Below, piece after piece: positions 19,801 to 29,749 of a stretch of DNA of 64,000 bases. This stretch comes from Candidatus Kapaibacterium sp. (GTDB taxonomy: Bacteria > Bacteroidota > Ignavibacteria > Kapaibacteriales > UBA2268), in assembly GCA_963665665.1 (NCBI GenBank), contig OY762428.1, positions 5,394,199 to 5,458,198 of the forward strand, in the 5' to 3' direction. Within the stretch, counting starts at the first letter, position 1, and every line of letters begins with the position of its first letter. The position numbers and the translations under genes are program-made. Under the pieces are notes generated by a model. It was not told the DNA's origin. It was given only the letters and a program-made list of their open reading frames with translations, and made no database searches.

Positions 19801-20351
19801 AAAGTAATATTTTTTCAAATAATTTTTAAATTTCACCCCAAAAAATGAATAAAGCTCCCTTTACCCGGGCTTTTCACATACTTTCAAATCGTTTATAGAG
19901 CTATCGAAATTATCTTTTAAGACGTAATTTCACTCATTCCAAGGAAAAGATTCCCTTATAGATATAAATTATGCACTATTGAGAGTGGCAGAACTATAAA
20001 ATACGTCCGGATTTCAATTTATAAGGAATCAGTATTACACTATAATCTTACATATATCAGAAAAACTAATGGTATTTCGGAATTAATCAGCAGAAATTTG
20101 CAAATATTATGAAGCCCAAGGCTCAGGTGGCAAGTGCTATCGGGATTATCAGATTAAGGAAGCAGAGTAAGTTAACTTTCCGGGGTATTGGCATGATTAG
20201 AAAAAAGATGTTGTTCACATCAGGTTTTCATCGGAATAGCAACTTTAAGTGATAGTTCCGTCTGTTTCCAGATATAAAACAATTATTACATGTTAAAAAC
20301 CATACTGCTTATTTGTTCCTGAAAACTGATATTTTCAAAGTATTGGGTATC

Positions 20352-20380
20352 TAAAAAAAAATCCCGGAAGAACCGGGATT
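20352..20380 (-). terminator. Intrinsic terminator downstream of the tRNA
   Basis: AATCCCGG-AAGAA-CCGGGATT stem with A-tract on plus strand. Confidence 0.8.
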
Positions 20381-20386
20381 ATTATG

Positions 20387-20458
20387 TAGCGCATAGGGGA
20401 ATCGAACCCCTGTTACCGGCGTGAGAGGCCGGCGTCCTAACCGCTAGACGAATGCGCC
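20387..20458 (-). tRNA. tRNA-Glu (anticodon CTC), CCA not encoded
   Basis: Reverse complement GGCGCATTCGTCTAGCGGTTAGGACGCCGGCCTCTCACGCCGGTAACAGGGGTTCGATTCCCCTATGCGCTA: acceptor stem, CCGGC/GCCGG anticodon stem, GGTTCGATTCC T-arm. Confidence 0.96.
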
Positions 20459-20738
20459 AGAACAATACAAAATTACTAATTATTTGTGTAAAAAAAAATA
20501 ATTATGACTATCAGGATATTTATCTTATTATTTGTATGAAATAAAAATATTTAGCTGATGGGAATTATTTGTGTTTCAAGATTTAGTGAATGCTTAAGCC
20601 ATTTTTTTCTTCTTAAAAAACAGAACTTTTATTATATTATGATGTTTAGGATTATGATTAGCTCGGCCATAATATGATTGTGCGTACTCAAGTAATTTGA
20701 AAATAATTTTTTGTTACCATAAACACGAGGTTCTTAGT

Positions 20739-21887
20739 ATGCGTCCTTTTTACAGGTTTGTGCATAAAGGGTTAATTCTCTTTTTTTGCGTGGCGCTAAT
20801 GGCTCCAATATCTGCCGGAGCCGGGGAATACATCGAGGTAAGCAAGGATTTCACCCTGTTTACATCAAAGAATATGCAGGGATATTTGAAACCATTGTTT
20901 ACATCCGTTGAAGAAAGTTTCAATTCTAATTTCTTTACTACTGCCAACTACAAAGAAGAATGGTCTATTGCCCTGGATATTTCCGTAAACGGCATGTTCA
21001 TCCCAAGCAGCAACAGAACTTATGATGCCGAAATGCCTGACCTTTACGGCCAGACTGACATCGTTGATGTTGCCCAGTTACGTGATGGCTCAACAAACAG
21101 GAACAATGTTCCGGGAATGATTAAACAGCCGACTATTTATGGTGGTATGTCCTACCCTGTTTTTTCAGCTCCGCAAAATCACCTGGATCCGGATTCCCTT
21201 TACAAATCCGTTGCTTTCGTAGAAGGTAATGATATCAGCTTCATGTCAGGTATTCCTGCATTCCAGCTGATGATGGGCTTCCCTACAAGAACACAGCTTA
21301 GGATTCGTAGTTGGGGTGTACCGAATGTGCAGGATGAAACATTATTCTATTTTGCTTTCAATATCAACCAGCAGATCGATCATTTCTTCGATATGTTTGG
21401 TGAAGACAAATCATTGGCATTAGCTTTAAATTTCGGATACCACATGATGAACCGCGGCAAAGGCCTTTCGATGAATTCTTTATCTTTCGGTGCTCATTTC
21501 AGCAAAACATGGGAAAGCGGTATTTTTGCTTATGCAGCAGCCCAATATGAAAATGTTGGCGGTGAGTTCAAAGCTATCAGAACAAATTTCAATCCTGACG
21601 ATGTAGCTAACAGCCCTTATAAAGAAATTCGCGATGGCGATCCACTTGAATTTGACATTGAAGGGCTGAATTCATACAGAATTCTTGGAGGGCTTGGATA
21701 CCGCTATGGTATTCTTGAACTTCACCTTGATGCAGGATGGGCTGAACAGCCAATTGTCTCCACTGGTATAACATTCTGGATAGCTTCGTGGGGCGGCAAG
21801 AAAAAAGAAAAAGAACATATCGAGCAGTTCGAAGAGATCGAACGTATCGAAAGAGTTAAAAAAGAAGAAAAACGCGAAACGAAATAA
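20739..21887 (+). CDS. Putative outer-membrane beta-barrel protein (DUF6588-like)
   Basis: Signal peptide, GYLKPL N-terminal motif, alternating amphipathic strands with aromatic residues; likely start ATG 20739. Confidence 0.55.
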   Translation: MRPFYRFVHKGLILFFCVALMAPISAGAGEYIEVSKDFTLFTSKNMQGYLKPLFTSVEESFNSNFFTTANYKEEWSIALDISVNGMFIPSSNRTYDAEMPDLYGQTDIVDVAQLRDGSTNRNNVPGMIKQPTIYGGMSYPVFSAPQNHLDPDSLYKSVAFVEGNDISFMSGIPAFQLMMGFPTRTQLRIRSWGVPNVQDETLFYFAFNINQQIDHFFDMFGEDKSLALALNFGYHMMNRGKGLSMNSLSFGAHFSKTWESGIFAYAAAQYENVGGEFKAIRTNFNPDDVANSPYKEIRDGDPLEFDIEGLNSYRILGGLGYRYGILELHLDAGWAEQPIVSTGITFWIASWGGKKKEKEHIEQFEEIERIERVKKEEKRETK

Positions 21888-21915
21888 AATGAATAATTTT
21901 AAAAGGATAAATAAA

Positions 21916-22638
21916 ATGAAAAAATTAATAATTCCCTTCGTATTTATCGGAGTATTATTTTCGGGCGCGTTCTTCTCCGGTTGCTATACCGATACGGTTG
22001 ACGCCCTGAGCACTTTTGATTTTCAGCTTCCGCTGATATTCCATTCTACTCACTTCAACAAAGCATCCCCCGATACCTCGGTAGATTTCACTAACCTGAA
22101 TGAATATAAAGAATATCGCGATAATAAAGAAAGAATTCAGGAAGCAATTGTTCACCAGTTCAATTACTGGATTGATGATATTAAATTAAGCGGTAGTATA
22201 CCTATGGAAGTTGATCATTTAGGAAGAAAACCTCCGGAAAACGATATGCAGGATTCAGCTCTCTATTTCCACCCGGAAAGAGACAACCTGGAATTCGAAT
22301 TTATTAAATTTTATCTGCATTTTGCCAAGCTCAAAGACGGTTATATGAATGAAGATACCCTGGATGAAAATCTCTGGGAAATTGATACAACTGAAAAACC
22401 ATACCTGCTTGGGGCTTACTATGATGTAGATGTAAGTGATTACTATCGCCAGGCACATCACATTATTGAAGTTTCTGATGAAATTTCAGCAATAATTTCA
22501 GAAGCGGTAAAAGAAAGGCCAAGCTTCTATATTATAACTGAATATAGCAAGACGAAAGACCAGGATGATGACAAGCGTTACTTCCCTTATGTAGGCGCTC
22601 GTTACGATATGGTGATAAGATTCTCGGTTGATCTGTAG
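21916..22638 (+). CDS. Lipoprotein of unknown function
   Basis: MKKLIIPFVFIGVLFSGAFFSGC lipobox; adjacent to the upstream barrel gene. Confidence 0.7.
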   Translation: MKKLIIPFVFIGVLFSGAFFSGCYTDTVDALSTFDFQLPLIFHSTHFNKASPDTSVDFTNLNEYKEYRDNKERIQEAIVHQFNYWIDDIKLSGSIPMEVDHLGRKPPENDMQDSALYFHPERDNLEFEFIKFYLHFAKLKDGYMNEDTLDENLWEIDTTEKPYLLGAYYDVDVSDYYRQAHHIIEVSDEISAIISEAVKERPSFYIITEYSKTKDQDDDKRYFPYVGARYDMVIRFSVDL

Positions 22639-22658
22639 AAGCACTTATTTTTTGAAAC

Positions 22659-22683
22659 AAAGCGGCTTTCGGGCCGCTTTTTT
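22659..22683 (+). terminator. Intrinsic terminator
   Basis: AAAGCGGC-TTTCGG-GCCGCTTT followed by T-tract. Confidence 0.85.
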
Positions 22684-22771
22684 CTTTTATCTGTAAAAGC
22701 AATTTTTAATTTGTAGAAAATGATGTAATTTTGTTTAAAGTAATATGTATAGAATTATCAAGACGTTTAGC

Positions 22772-23686
22772 ATGGAAAAAAGAATAATACTGGCATTTAT
22801 AATCATCATAATCACATCAGTTTTTGCTTCAGCACAAAATCTTGAACTTGATATTGATGACAACCTGAAAGAAGTAGATACTGTTTGTTTTAAATATAAA
22901 TTCTTTCCGGGAGATACTATAATCTATTATGCTGTTGGATATGACAGTATTTCGATTGATTATGACAACCCTATTTTGAAAAGCCGATTTGAAAAATTCA
23001 GAATTGTATGCGATTCGGTAAATAAGGAAGGCCATTATTATTTGTCGCAAACCCTGATTGAATTTATTTCCAGGGAATCCAAGGGCGACATCCGAAATGT
23101 TGGCCGAGAGGAAAGCCCATGGCGTGGCAGAACCATGCATTTTGCTATCGACTCGCTTGGATACAGGAAATCAGTATTTCCTGATGATACCCTGCGGGCA
23201 GGTGTTTCTCCCGGTGGTGCTTTCAATCCGATAATATTTAATCTTATTGCTGAACCATGCAAAAAAGTTGACGAAAGCTGGCTGGCACAGGATACATTCT
23301 ATCTTCCCGAGAACGCTTATCCTTTTCCGCTCGCGAGGCTAACCTATTTAAACAGGGCATCTCAATCCAACGACACACTGGGATATAATTGCAATGTTTA
23401 CGAGTTCATTAATACGGGCCAGGGACGTATGAAAATTGATGCTGATAACCTGAAAATGGAAATGACTTCAAGGATTAACGGCCATGGTAAAGTATATCTG
23501 GATACAAATTTGTTCATTCCGATTCATATATTTTCCACAGTGGAACTAAAAATGATGATAGTTGACGAAAGTGGAATAAAAAAGCCCGGATGGCATCATA
23601 TCAATCTAAACTATACTCTTGAAGAGCTTATTCCCGGCAAAGGCCGAAAAATTGAGGAAAAGCAAATTATGAAAGAATCAAATTAG
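22772..23686 (+). CDS. Secreted hypothetical protein
   Basis: Signal peptide ending VFASA; FKYKFFPGDT...Y start; beta-rich; likely start ATG 22772. Confidence 0.65.
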   Translation: MEKRIILAFIIIIITSVFASAQNLELDIDDNLKEVDTVCFKYKFFPGDTIIYYAVGYDSISIDYDNPILKSRFEKFRIVCDSVNKEGHYYLSQTLIEFISRESKGDIRNVGREESPWRGRTMHFAIDSLGYRKSVFPDDTLRAGVSPGGAFNPIIFNLIAEPCKKVDESWLAQDTFYLPENAYPFPLARLTYLNRASQSNDTLGYNCNVYEFINTGQGRMKIDADNLKMEMTSRINGHGKVYLDTNLFIPIHIFSTVELKMMIVDESGIKKPGWHHINLNYTLEELIPGKGRKIEEKQIMKESN

Positions 23687-23712
23687 ATATTGAATTAACA
23701 TTGAATATTGAA

Positions 23713-23741
23713 AAGCCCGGAGAATTCAAATCTTCGGGCTT
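23713..23741 (+). terminator. Probable intrinsic terminator
   Basis: AAGCCCG...CGGGCTT inverted repeat just after the stop codon. Confidence 0.55.
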
Positions 23742-23927
23742 CATTATTTAATATAATCATGTTTATCGGTAAAACCCAAAAGCCAATATTCTTCAGTTAG
23801 AAGTTTATGTCAACGTCAGTACGCAAATATCCGCTGCCTGATTTATTGATATAAAATTTGTTCAGACCTTTACCGTTTTCATATATGGGAATTTTGTATA
23901 TGAGTATATCAATGTAAGGAAGCTGTT

Positions 23928-25298
23928 TTGGCACAAAGCCAATTAGATAATCTTATTAATAATCAAAAAGACTTTTTCCAATCAGGAAAAACCAAAAGCA
24001 TTGAATTCAGAATCAGTGCTCTAAAAAAAATATCCGGGATGATAGAGCAACATGAATCTGAAATTATCACAGCTTTATTCAAAGATCTTCATAAAAGCCC
24101 GACAGAAGCATTTACAAGCGAAATATCCTATGTGCAAAATGAGATCAAACATACAATTAAAAATTTAAAAAAATGGAACAGGCCGGTTAAAATTTATACT
24201 CCGCTAATAAATCGTCCCGGAAAGAGCTTTTACAAATATGAACCTTTCGGTATAGCTCTTATTATAAGTCCCTGGAATTATCCATTCGGTTTATTATTTT
24301 CTCCGTTGATCGGGGCAATAGCTGCCGGCAACTGTGTGATTGCCAAGCCGTCAGAAATGGCTTCGCACTCATCTGAATTAATTCACAGATTAATTTGTGA
24401 TTATTTTGATGCGAACTATATCGCTGTTCAGGAAGGTGATGCCGAAGTAACTCAGTCGTTGATAAATGAAAATATTGATCATATATTCTTTACCGGCAGC
24501 ACAGCAGTCGGTAAAGAGATCATGAAATCGGCATCCAATTATCTGATACCAGTAACTTTGGAATTGGGAGGAAAAAATCCCTGTATTGTCGATCAGGATA
24601 TCAATATCGATGTAACTGCTAAAAGAATACTGTGGGGTAAGTTCTTCAATGCCGGGCAGACTTGTATAGCTCCTGATTTTGCTCTTGTCCACGAAGATAT
24701 CTACGATCAATTTATCAACAAATTGAATCATTTTATTGATCAATTCTATTCGGAAGATGATTTCAGCCACATTATTAACAATAATCACTTCGATCGTTTA
24801 TCAGCATTGATTGAAGAAGGAGAGATTATCAAGGGTGGAATTCTTAAGCCGGACGATCTTTATATTTCACCAACCATAATCACAGATATCGATTATAATT
24901 CAAAAATTATGCAGGAAGAAATATTCGGGCCTGTTCTGCCGATAATCAAATACAAAAACCTTGATAATGAATTACTGAAATTGGCAAAATTACCCAAACC
25001 ATTGGTTCAGTATTTCTTTTCAAAAGATAAGTCCTTGCAGGATATGGTTATTAACAGATCAACATCAGGTTCGGTTTGTATTAATGGAACAATTCATATA
25101 CTGATGTCATCCGGGCTGCCCTTTGGCGGTGTTGGCGCCAGCGGTATGGGAAGGTATCATGGAAAAGAAAGTTTCTCAACTTTCAGCTATAAAAAATCAG
25201 TAGTACGAAAAAGTTTTTTTGCTGATATGAAAGCAGTATATCCGCCGTATAAAACTCCAATAAAGATCTTGAAAAAAGTAATAAAATTTCTATATTGA
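23928..25298 (+). CDS. aldH: Aldehyde dehydrogenase (family 3 type), likely diapocarotenoid aldehyde oxidase AldH
   Basis: PWNYP, KPSE, FTGS, LELGGKNP, NAGQTCIAPD, EEIFGP, FGGVGASGMG; first gene of the crt cluster. Confidence 0.8.
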   Translation: MAQSQLDNLINNQKDFFQSGKTKSIEFRISALKKISGMIEQHESEIITALFKDLHKSPTEAFTSEISYVQNEIKHTIKNLKKWNRPVKIYTPLINRPGKSFYKYEPFGIALIISPWNYPFGLLFSPLIGAIAAGNCVIAKPSEMASHSSELIHRLICDYFDANYIAVQEGDAEVTQSLINENIDHIFFTGSTAVGKEIMKSASNYLIPVTLELGGKNPCIVDQDINIDVTAKRILWGKFFNAGQTCIAPDFALVHEDIYDQFINKLNHFIDQFYSEDDFSHIINNNHFDRLSALIEEGEIIKGGILKPDDLYISPTIITDIDYNSKIMQEEIFGPVLPIIKYKNLDNELLKLAKLPKPLVQYFFSKDKSLQDMVINRSTSGSVCINGTIHILMSSGLPFGGVGASGMGRYHGKESFSTFSYKKSVVRKSFFADMKAVYPPYKTPIKILKKVIKFLY

Positions 25299-25343
25299 AA
25301 CACAAATTAGTTATTAGTAAAAAATTTTATTTCAGGGGGTTAT

Positions 25344-26837
25344 GTGAGTATAAAAAAATCAAAAAACAAAAAGATTATCATAATAGGTGCAGGACTCGGT
25401 GGTATTTCAGCAGCAATAATGTTGAAGATCAATGGCTATGATGTTGAAATATTTGAAAAAAATGAAAAGATTGGCGGAAAGTTAAATACACTGACCGAGA
25501 ACGGCTATACATTTGATCTGGGGCCGTCAATCCTGACACTGCCGCAATATTTCCGAAAGCTATTCGAAGCATCCGGAAAAAATATGGATGATTACATTCC
25601 TATTCAAAAAGTCAGGCCCCACTGGAGGAATTTTTTCGAAGACGGAACAATTGTCGACCTGGACCCGGATATGGATTTCATGAAAACCGAACTATCAAAA
25701 CTCGGGCCTGATGTTTACGGGCAATTCAGAAAGTTCCTTGATTATTCCGAACAGCAGTATGATATTCTGGCAGATGGATATTTTGATTCAGGGCTTGACA
25801 ATACATTTGATTTTATGAAATTCTATGATTTCTCGGCGGTATTTAAAATTGACTTTTTCCGCACAATGCACGGAAGCGTTTCAAAGCACATAAAAAATCC
25901 ATATCTCGTTGATATAATGGATTATTTTATTAAATATGTCGGTTCCTCGGCATATAATGCTCCCGGATTTATGAATCTTATGCCGACAATCCAATTCAGG
26001 TACGACTTATGGTACGTGCCCGGCGGAATGTATAATATTGCTATCGGATTCAATAAATACATGGAAGAACTTGGAATAAAAATTAACCTGAAAAGTGAAG
26101 TAACTAAAATAATCAAGGAAAATAATAAAGTAACGGGAATCGAAGCGAATAATGAAATTCATAATGCCGACTTCATTGTATCGAACATGGAGGCATTTCC
26201 GGCATATAAAAAATTATTGAATGAAGACAGTAATTTTCTGCGGAAACAACTCAGATACGAACCGGCTTGTTCAGGGCTTGTTCTCGACATTGGACTTGAT
26301 ATTCAATACCCGCAATTGCGTCATCATAATTTCCTGTTTTCAGGAAACCAAAAGCAGCATTTCAGTACTGTTTTCAATAAAAAGCAGTTGCCGAAAGATC
26401 CGACGATATATCTTGTTGATGCATCAAAGTCTGACCCTGCTGTTGCTCCAGAAGGATGTTCCGGATTAAAAGTATTACCGCATATACCATATATCGATGA
26501 AAATAATCCTCTGACCCGTGAAGATTATATGGAGTATAAAGAACTTATTCTTGACAAATTGGAAAGAACCGGCCTGACAGACATTCGTAAGCATATAGTT
26601 TACGAACACGTGCTAACCCCTCTGGATATTGAACAAATGTATTATTCCAACCATGGTTCAGTATATGGAGTTGTATCTGACCTGAGAAAGAACTTCGCTT
26701 TCAAATTCCCGAAGAAAAGCAAAAAGTATTCTAACCTGTATTTTACTGGCGGATCGGTTAATCCCGGGGGTGGAATGCCAATGGTTCTGCTTTGCGGACA
26801 GAATGTATGTAAAAAAATTATCGAAGACGACAAGTAA
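25344..26837 (+). CDS. crtP: Diapolycopene/diaponeurosporene oxygenase (CrtP/CrtNb, phytoene desaturase family)
   Basis: GAGLGGISAA, FDLGPSILT, YFIKYVGSS, YPQLRHHNF, KVLPHIPYI, GGSVNPGGGMPMV match S. aureus CrtP motifs as recalled. Confidence 0.85.
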   Translation: MSIKKSKNKKIIIIGAGLGGISAAIMLKINGYDVEIFEKNEKIGGKLNTLTENGYTFDLGPSILTLPQYFRKLFEASGKNMDDYIPIQKVRPHWRNFFEDGTIVDLDPDMDFMKTELSKLGPDVYGQFRKFLDYSEQQYDILADGYFDSGLDNTFDFMKFYDFSAVFKIDFFRTMHGSVSKHIKNPYLVDIMDYFIKYVGSSAYNAPGFMNLMPTIQFRYDLWYVPGGMYNIAIGFNKYMEELGIKINLKSEVTKIIKENNKVTGIEANNEIHNADFIVSNMEAFPAYKKLLNEDSNFLRKQLRYEPACSGLVLDIGLDIQYPQLRHHNFLFSGNQKQHFSTVFNKKQLPKDPTIYLVDASKSDPAVAPEGCSGLKVLPHIPYIDENNPLTREDYMEYKELILDKLERTGLTDIRKHIVYEHVLTPLDIEQMYYSNHGSVYGVVSDLRKNFAFKFPKKSKKYSNLYFTGGSVNPGGGMPMVLLCGQNVCKKIIEDDK

Positions 26838-26842
26838 AAACA

Positions 26843-27961
26843 ATGGATACAAACACCGTAATATTGCTAACTGTTTCAATTATTTTATTTCTTTCCGGAT
26901 TTTGGTTTCTTTTCAGGATACCGAAATGCAAATCTGATGATATTAAGAAAATAAATCTGAAAATATCAATTATTATCCCTGCCAGAAATGAAGAACATAA
27001 TATCGGGAAATTACTTGATTCGATCAATATACAGGAATTCAGGCCCAATGAAATAATAGTTGTTAATGACGGATCGACAGACAGAACAAAAGAGATCGGC
27101 CTTGCAAAAGGGGCAAGCGTTATTGATTCTAAACCGCTTCCGGACGGATGGCTTGGCAAACCCTGGGCATGTTACCAGGGAGCTTCGGCAGCAGAAGGAG
27201 ATCTGCTGTTTTTTATTGATTCGGATATTGAACTGGAACCCGGAGGCTTAAAAAAAATCGTTGATACATATCTATTGTCATCTGATAATTCTGAAATTGC
27301 AATGTCAATTGCACCCTTTCACAAAGTAGAAAAACCTTACGAAGAACTTTCGGCATTTTTCAATATCATTATGGCCGGATCGATGAATGCATTTACGCCA
27401 ATTAAGAAAACAAATCCGACCGGCCTGTTCGGTCCCACTCTTATTGTTAGCAAAGAGAACTATTATAAGATCAATGGGCATGAATCAGTTAAAGATAAAA
27501 TTCTCGAGAATGTTTTTATGGCCGAAAAATTCAGATCCATAGGAATCAAACTGAAATTATTCGGCGGAAAAGGCAGTATATCTTTCAGGATGTACCCCGC
27601 CGGATTAAAAGACCTTACAAACGGCTGGACAAAGGCTTTTGCCTCAGGCGCAGGAAGAACTCCATTTTTTATTCTGTTGAATATAATTTTATGGATCTCA
27701 GCCGGGTTCGTTATAACAATTGCTGCCATCAGAAGTCTGCTGCTTGATAATTTTTTCTTATTGTGGGCAGTATTTTATTTCGCTTATTCATTGCAGCTAT
27801 TCTGGATGTTGAAAAGAATTGGATCTTTCAGGATATTCAGTGCAATTTTTTATCCTGTCCATTTATTATTTTATACAATTGTTTTTTTTCGATCATTGTA
27901 CTACCAAATTTCCGGTAAGAAAATTAAGTGGAAATCCAGAGAAGTTAAGGCAGAAAGGTGA
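26843..27961 (+). CDS. crtQ: GT2 glycosyltransferase, CrtQ-like (carotenoid acid glucosyltransferase)
   Basis: SIIIPARNEE, DGSTD, GWLGKPWAC, FIDSD, FRMYP, IKWKSR; crt context. Confidence 0.75.
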   Translation: MDTNTVILLTVSIILFLSGFWFLFRIPKCKSDDIKKINLKISIIIPARNEEHNIGKLLDSINIQEFRPNEIIVVNDGSTDRTKEIGLAKGASVIDSKPLPDGWLGKPWACYQGASAAEGDLLFFIDSDIELEPGGLKKIVDTYLLSSDNSEIAMSIAPFHKVEKPYEELSAFFNIIMAGSMNAFTPIKKTNPTGLFGPTLIVSKENYYKINGHESVKDKILENVFMAEKFRSIGIKLKLFGGKGSISFRMYPAGLKDLTNGWTKAFASGAGRTPFFILLNIILWISAGFVITIAAIRSLLLDNFFLLWAVFYFAYSLQLFWMLKRIGSFRIFSAIFYPVHLLFYTIVFFRSLYYQISGKKIKWKSREVKAER

Positions 27962-27967
27962 TGATTT

Positions 27968-28447
27968 ATGCTAATTGAATTACCGGTTTTATGGATAATT
28001 ATAATCGATTTTGTTCTGTGGTTCATTATCCATATGTCCATAGCTTATCTGGCAACAATATTACCAGACAAATATATCAATGTAAATTCAAACTGGTTTC
28101 AGGAGAAAAGTTGGGAAAAGGGAGGCTTCTTCTATGAAGATTACTTCCACATCAAAAAGTGGAAAGAACTTTTGCCTGACGGTTCGGCTTTGTTCAAAAA
28201 AGGATTCCGAAAAAAAAGGATGACTTCCGTGAATGAAGAATATTTCAACAAATTTATTCTGGAAGTAAGCCGTGCAGAAATGGCTCACTGGATCGTGATA
28301 TTATTTTCCCCTGTATTTTTTATATGGAATTACTGGTGGGCCGGCCTGATAATGATAGTTTACGCATTTATTGCCAACCTCCCCTGTATCCTGGCCCAGC
28401 GATACAACAGGATTCGATTCAGGAGAATTCTTTCGAAAATGAATTGA
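27968..28447 (+). CDS. crtO: Glycosyl-4,4'-diaponeurosporenoate acyltransferase, CrtO-like
   Basis: IKKWKELLPDG, RAEMAHW, NLPCILAQRYNRIR motifs; 159 aa. Confidence 0.85.
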   Translation: MLIELPVLWIIIIDFVLWFIIHMSIAYLATILPDKYINVNSNWFQEKSWEKGGFFYEDYFHIKKWKELLPDGSALFKKGFRKKRMTSVNEEYFNKFILEVSRAEMAHWIVILFSPVFFIWNYWWAGLIMIVYAFIANLPCILAQRYNRIRFRRILSKMN

Positions 28448-28473
28448 TTGAAAATCTAATTGAATTATTATTG

Positions 28474-29601
28474 TCAAATACTATTCAGGTTTGCTTTCTT
28501 CTTTTTCTTATCAGATTTACAATGCTTTTCAAGCATATCGGCTGCGTCGTTAAGCCCAAGTTCCATTGCCCTGTTCCATTGTTTGCATGCTTTGGCTTTC
28601 TTACCTTCCAGATAATATACCATTGCAATTCCCATATATGCTTCAGCAAAATTTTTATCAATTTCCAGGGCTTCTTCAAAATCTTTTCTCGCACTTTTTT
28701 TATCACCTTTTTGAAGGTATGTTGTACCACGTCCGTTATAAGCAATTTTATTGAGTGAATCAATACTAATGGACTTGTCAAAATCTTTGATTGCTTTATC
28801 AAATTTTCTCATCCTGAAGAAGGATGATCCCCTAAGGGAGTATAATTCCGAATTTTCAGGAAAGTACTTCATAGCGCGATTGTAAATCCACACTGAGCTG
28901 TCCTGCTTATTAAGCATGTTATAAACTTTGCCTGCTTCAATGTATGCGTTAAAATAACGCGGATTAATTGAAATTGCATGATTAAAATCATTCAAAGCTT
29001 TTCGCAGATTTCCTGACTTAAGATAAACGATCCCCCTGCCGAGAAAAGAATATGCAATACCGGGAGTATAAGCAATAGAACTGTCGAAATATTTAATAGC
29101 CTTCTCGTTATTACCCTTTGCAAAAGAAATGAAGCCAAGTCCGTTGTATGCATCAGGATTCATTTTCATAAGTTGTACTGAATGTGAGAAATACTTTACG
29201 GCAATATCATTCTTCTTATGAGTAAAAGCTTTTGTACCTTCGCTAAGCAATACTTTTGCAAAATCAGAAGCTTCATGTATGTTTAAAAAAACGGTTTTGT
29301 CTGCCCCTGCTACAGCCCCGGAACTTTCTTTATTACTAATGACCAATCCCAGGGACAAAGCTTTGTAATAATCTTTCAATCCCCTGTCATTATTTCCTTC
29401 TTTGATAGCACAAAGCCCCCGCCTGATAATATATTCACCGTTTTCAGGGTTTTTCTTTACCAGTCCGTTCATAATTTTCAATGCCTCAGAGTATTCATTA
29501 TTTTCATAATGCCTGCAGGCAGAATTGTAAAGGCTGTCACTTGCAAAAGAATAAAGTTGAAATGATATTAATAGGCTAATTATCAGTATTGGTATTTTCA
29601 T
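28474..29601 (-). CDS. Secreted TPR-repeat protein
   Basis: Signal peptide; multiple 34-aa repeats (AYNGRG...A..DF..AL). Confidence 0.9.
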   Translation of the reverse strand: MKIPILIISLLISFQLYSFASDSLYNSACRHYENNEYSEALKIMNGLVKKNPENGEYIIRRGLCAIKEGNNDRGLKDYYKALSLGLVISNKESSGAVAGADKTVFLNIHEASDFAKVLLSEGTKAFTHKKNDIAVKYFSHSVQLMKMNPDAYNGLGFISFAKGNNEKAIKYFDSSIAYTPGIAYSFLGRGIVYLKSGNLRKALNDFNHAISINPRYFNAYIEAGKVYNMLNKQDSSVWIYNRAMKYFPENSELYSLRGSSFFRMRKFDKAIKDFDKSISIDSLNKIAYNGRGTTYLQKGDKKSARKDFEEALEIDKNFAEAYMGIAMVYYLEGKKAKACKQWNRAMELGLNDAADMLEKHCKSDKKKKKANLNSI

Positions 29602-29683
29602 AACAAATGCAATTTAATTTTCTTAAAACTAATTACCCAAAACTAAGTATTATTCAGACAAATTCCGAAAACCAAAAAAAATT

Positions 29684-29711
29684 TGAGACGTTTTTCCACT
29701 TTTTACGTTAT
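29684..29711 (+). promoter_or_regulatory. Putative ECF-type promoter
   Basis: TGAGAC-N16-CGTTAT about 40 bp upstream of the vWA gene start. Confidence 0.4.
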
Positions 29712-29749
29712 TATATTAAACTCAGAAAATTTCATACAGGGGAAAAGTT

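Noticed and set aside
20387-20458. Integrated prophage or island at tRNA-Glu
   Set aside because: No integrase, phage genes or att-like duplication of the tRNA 3' end was seen.
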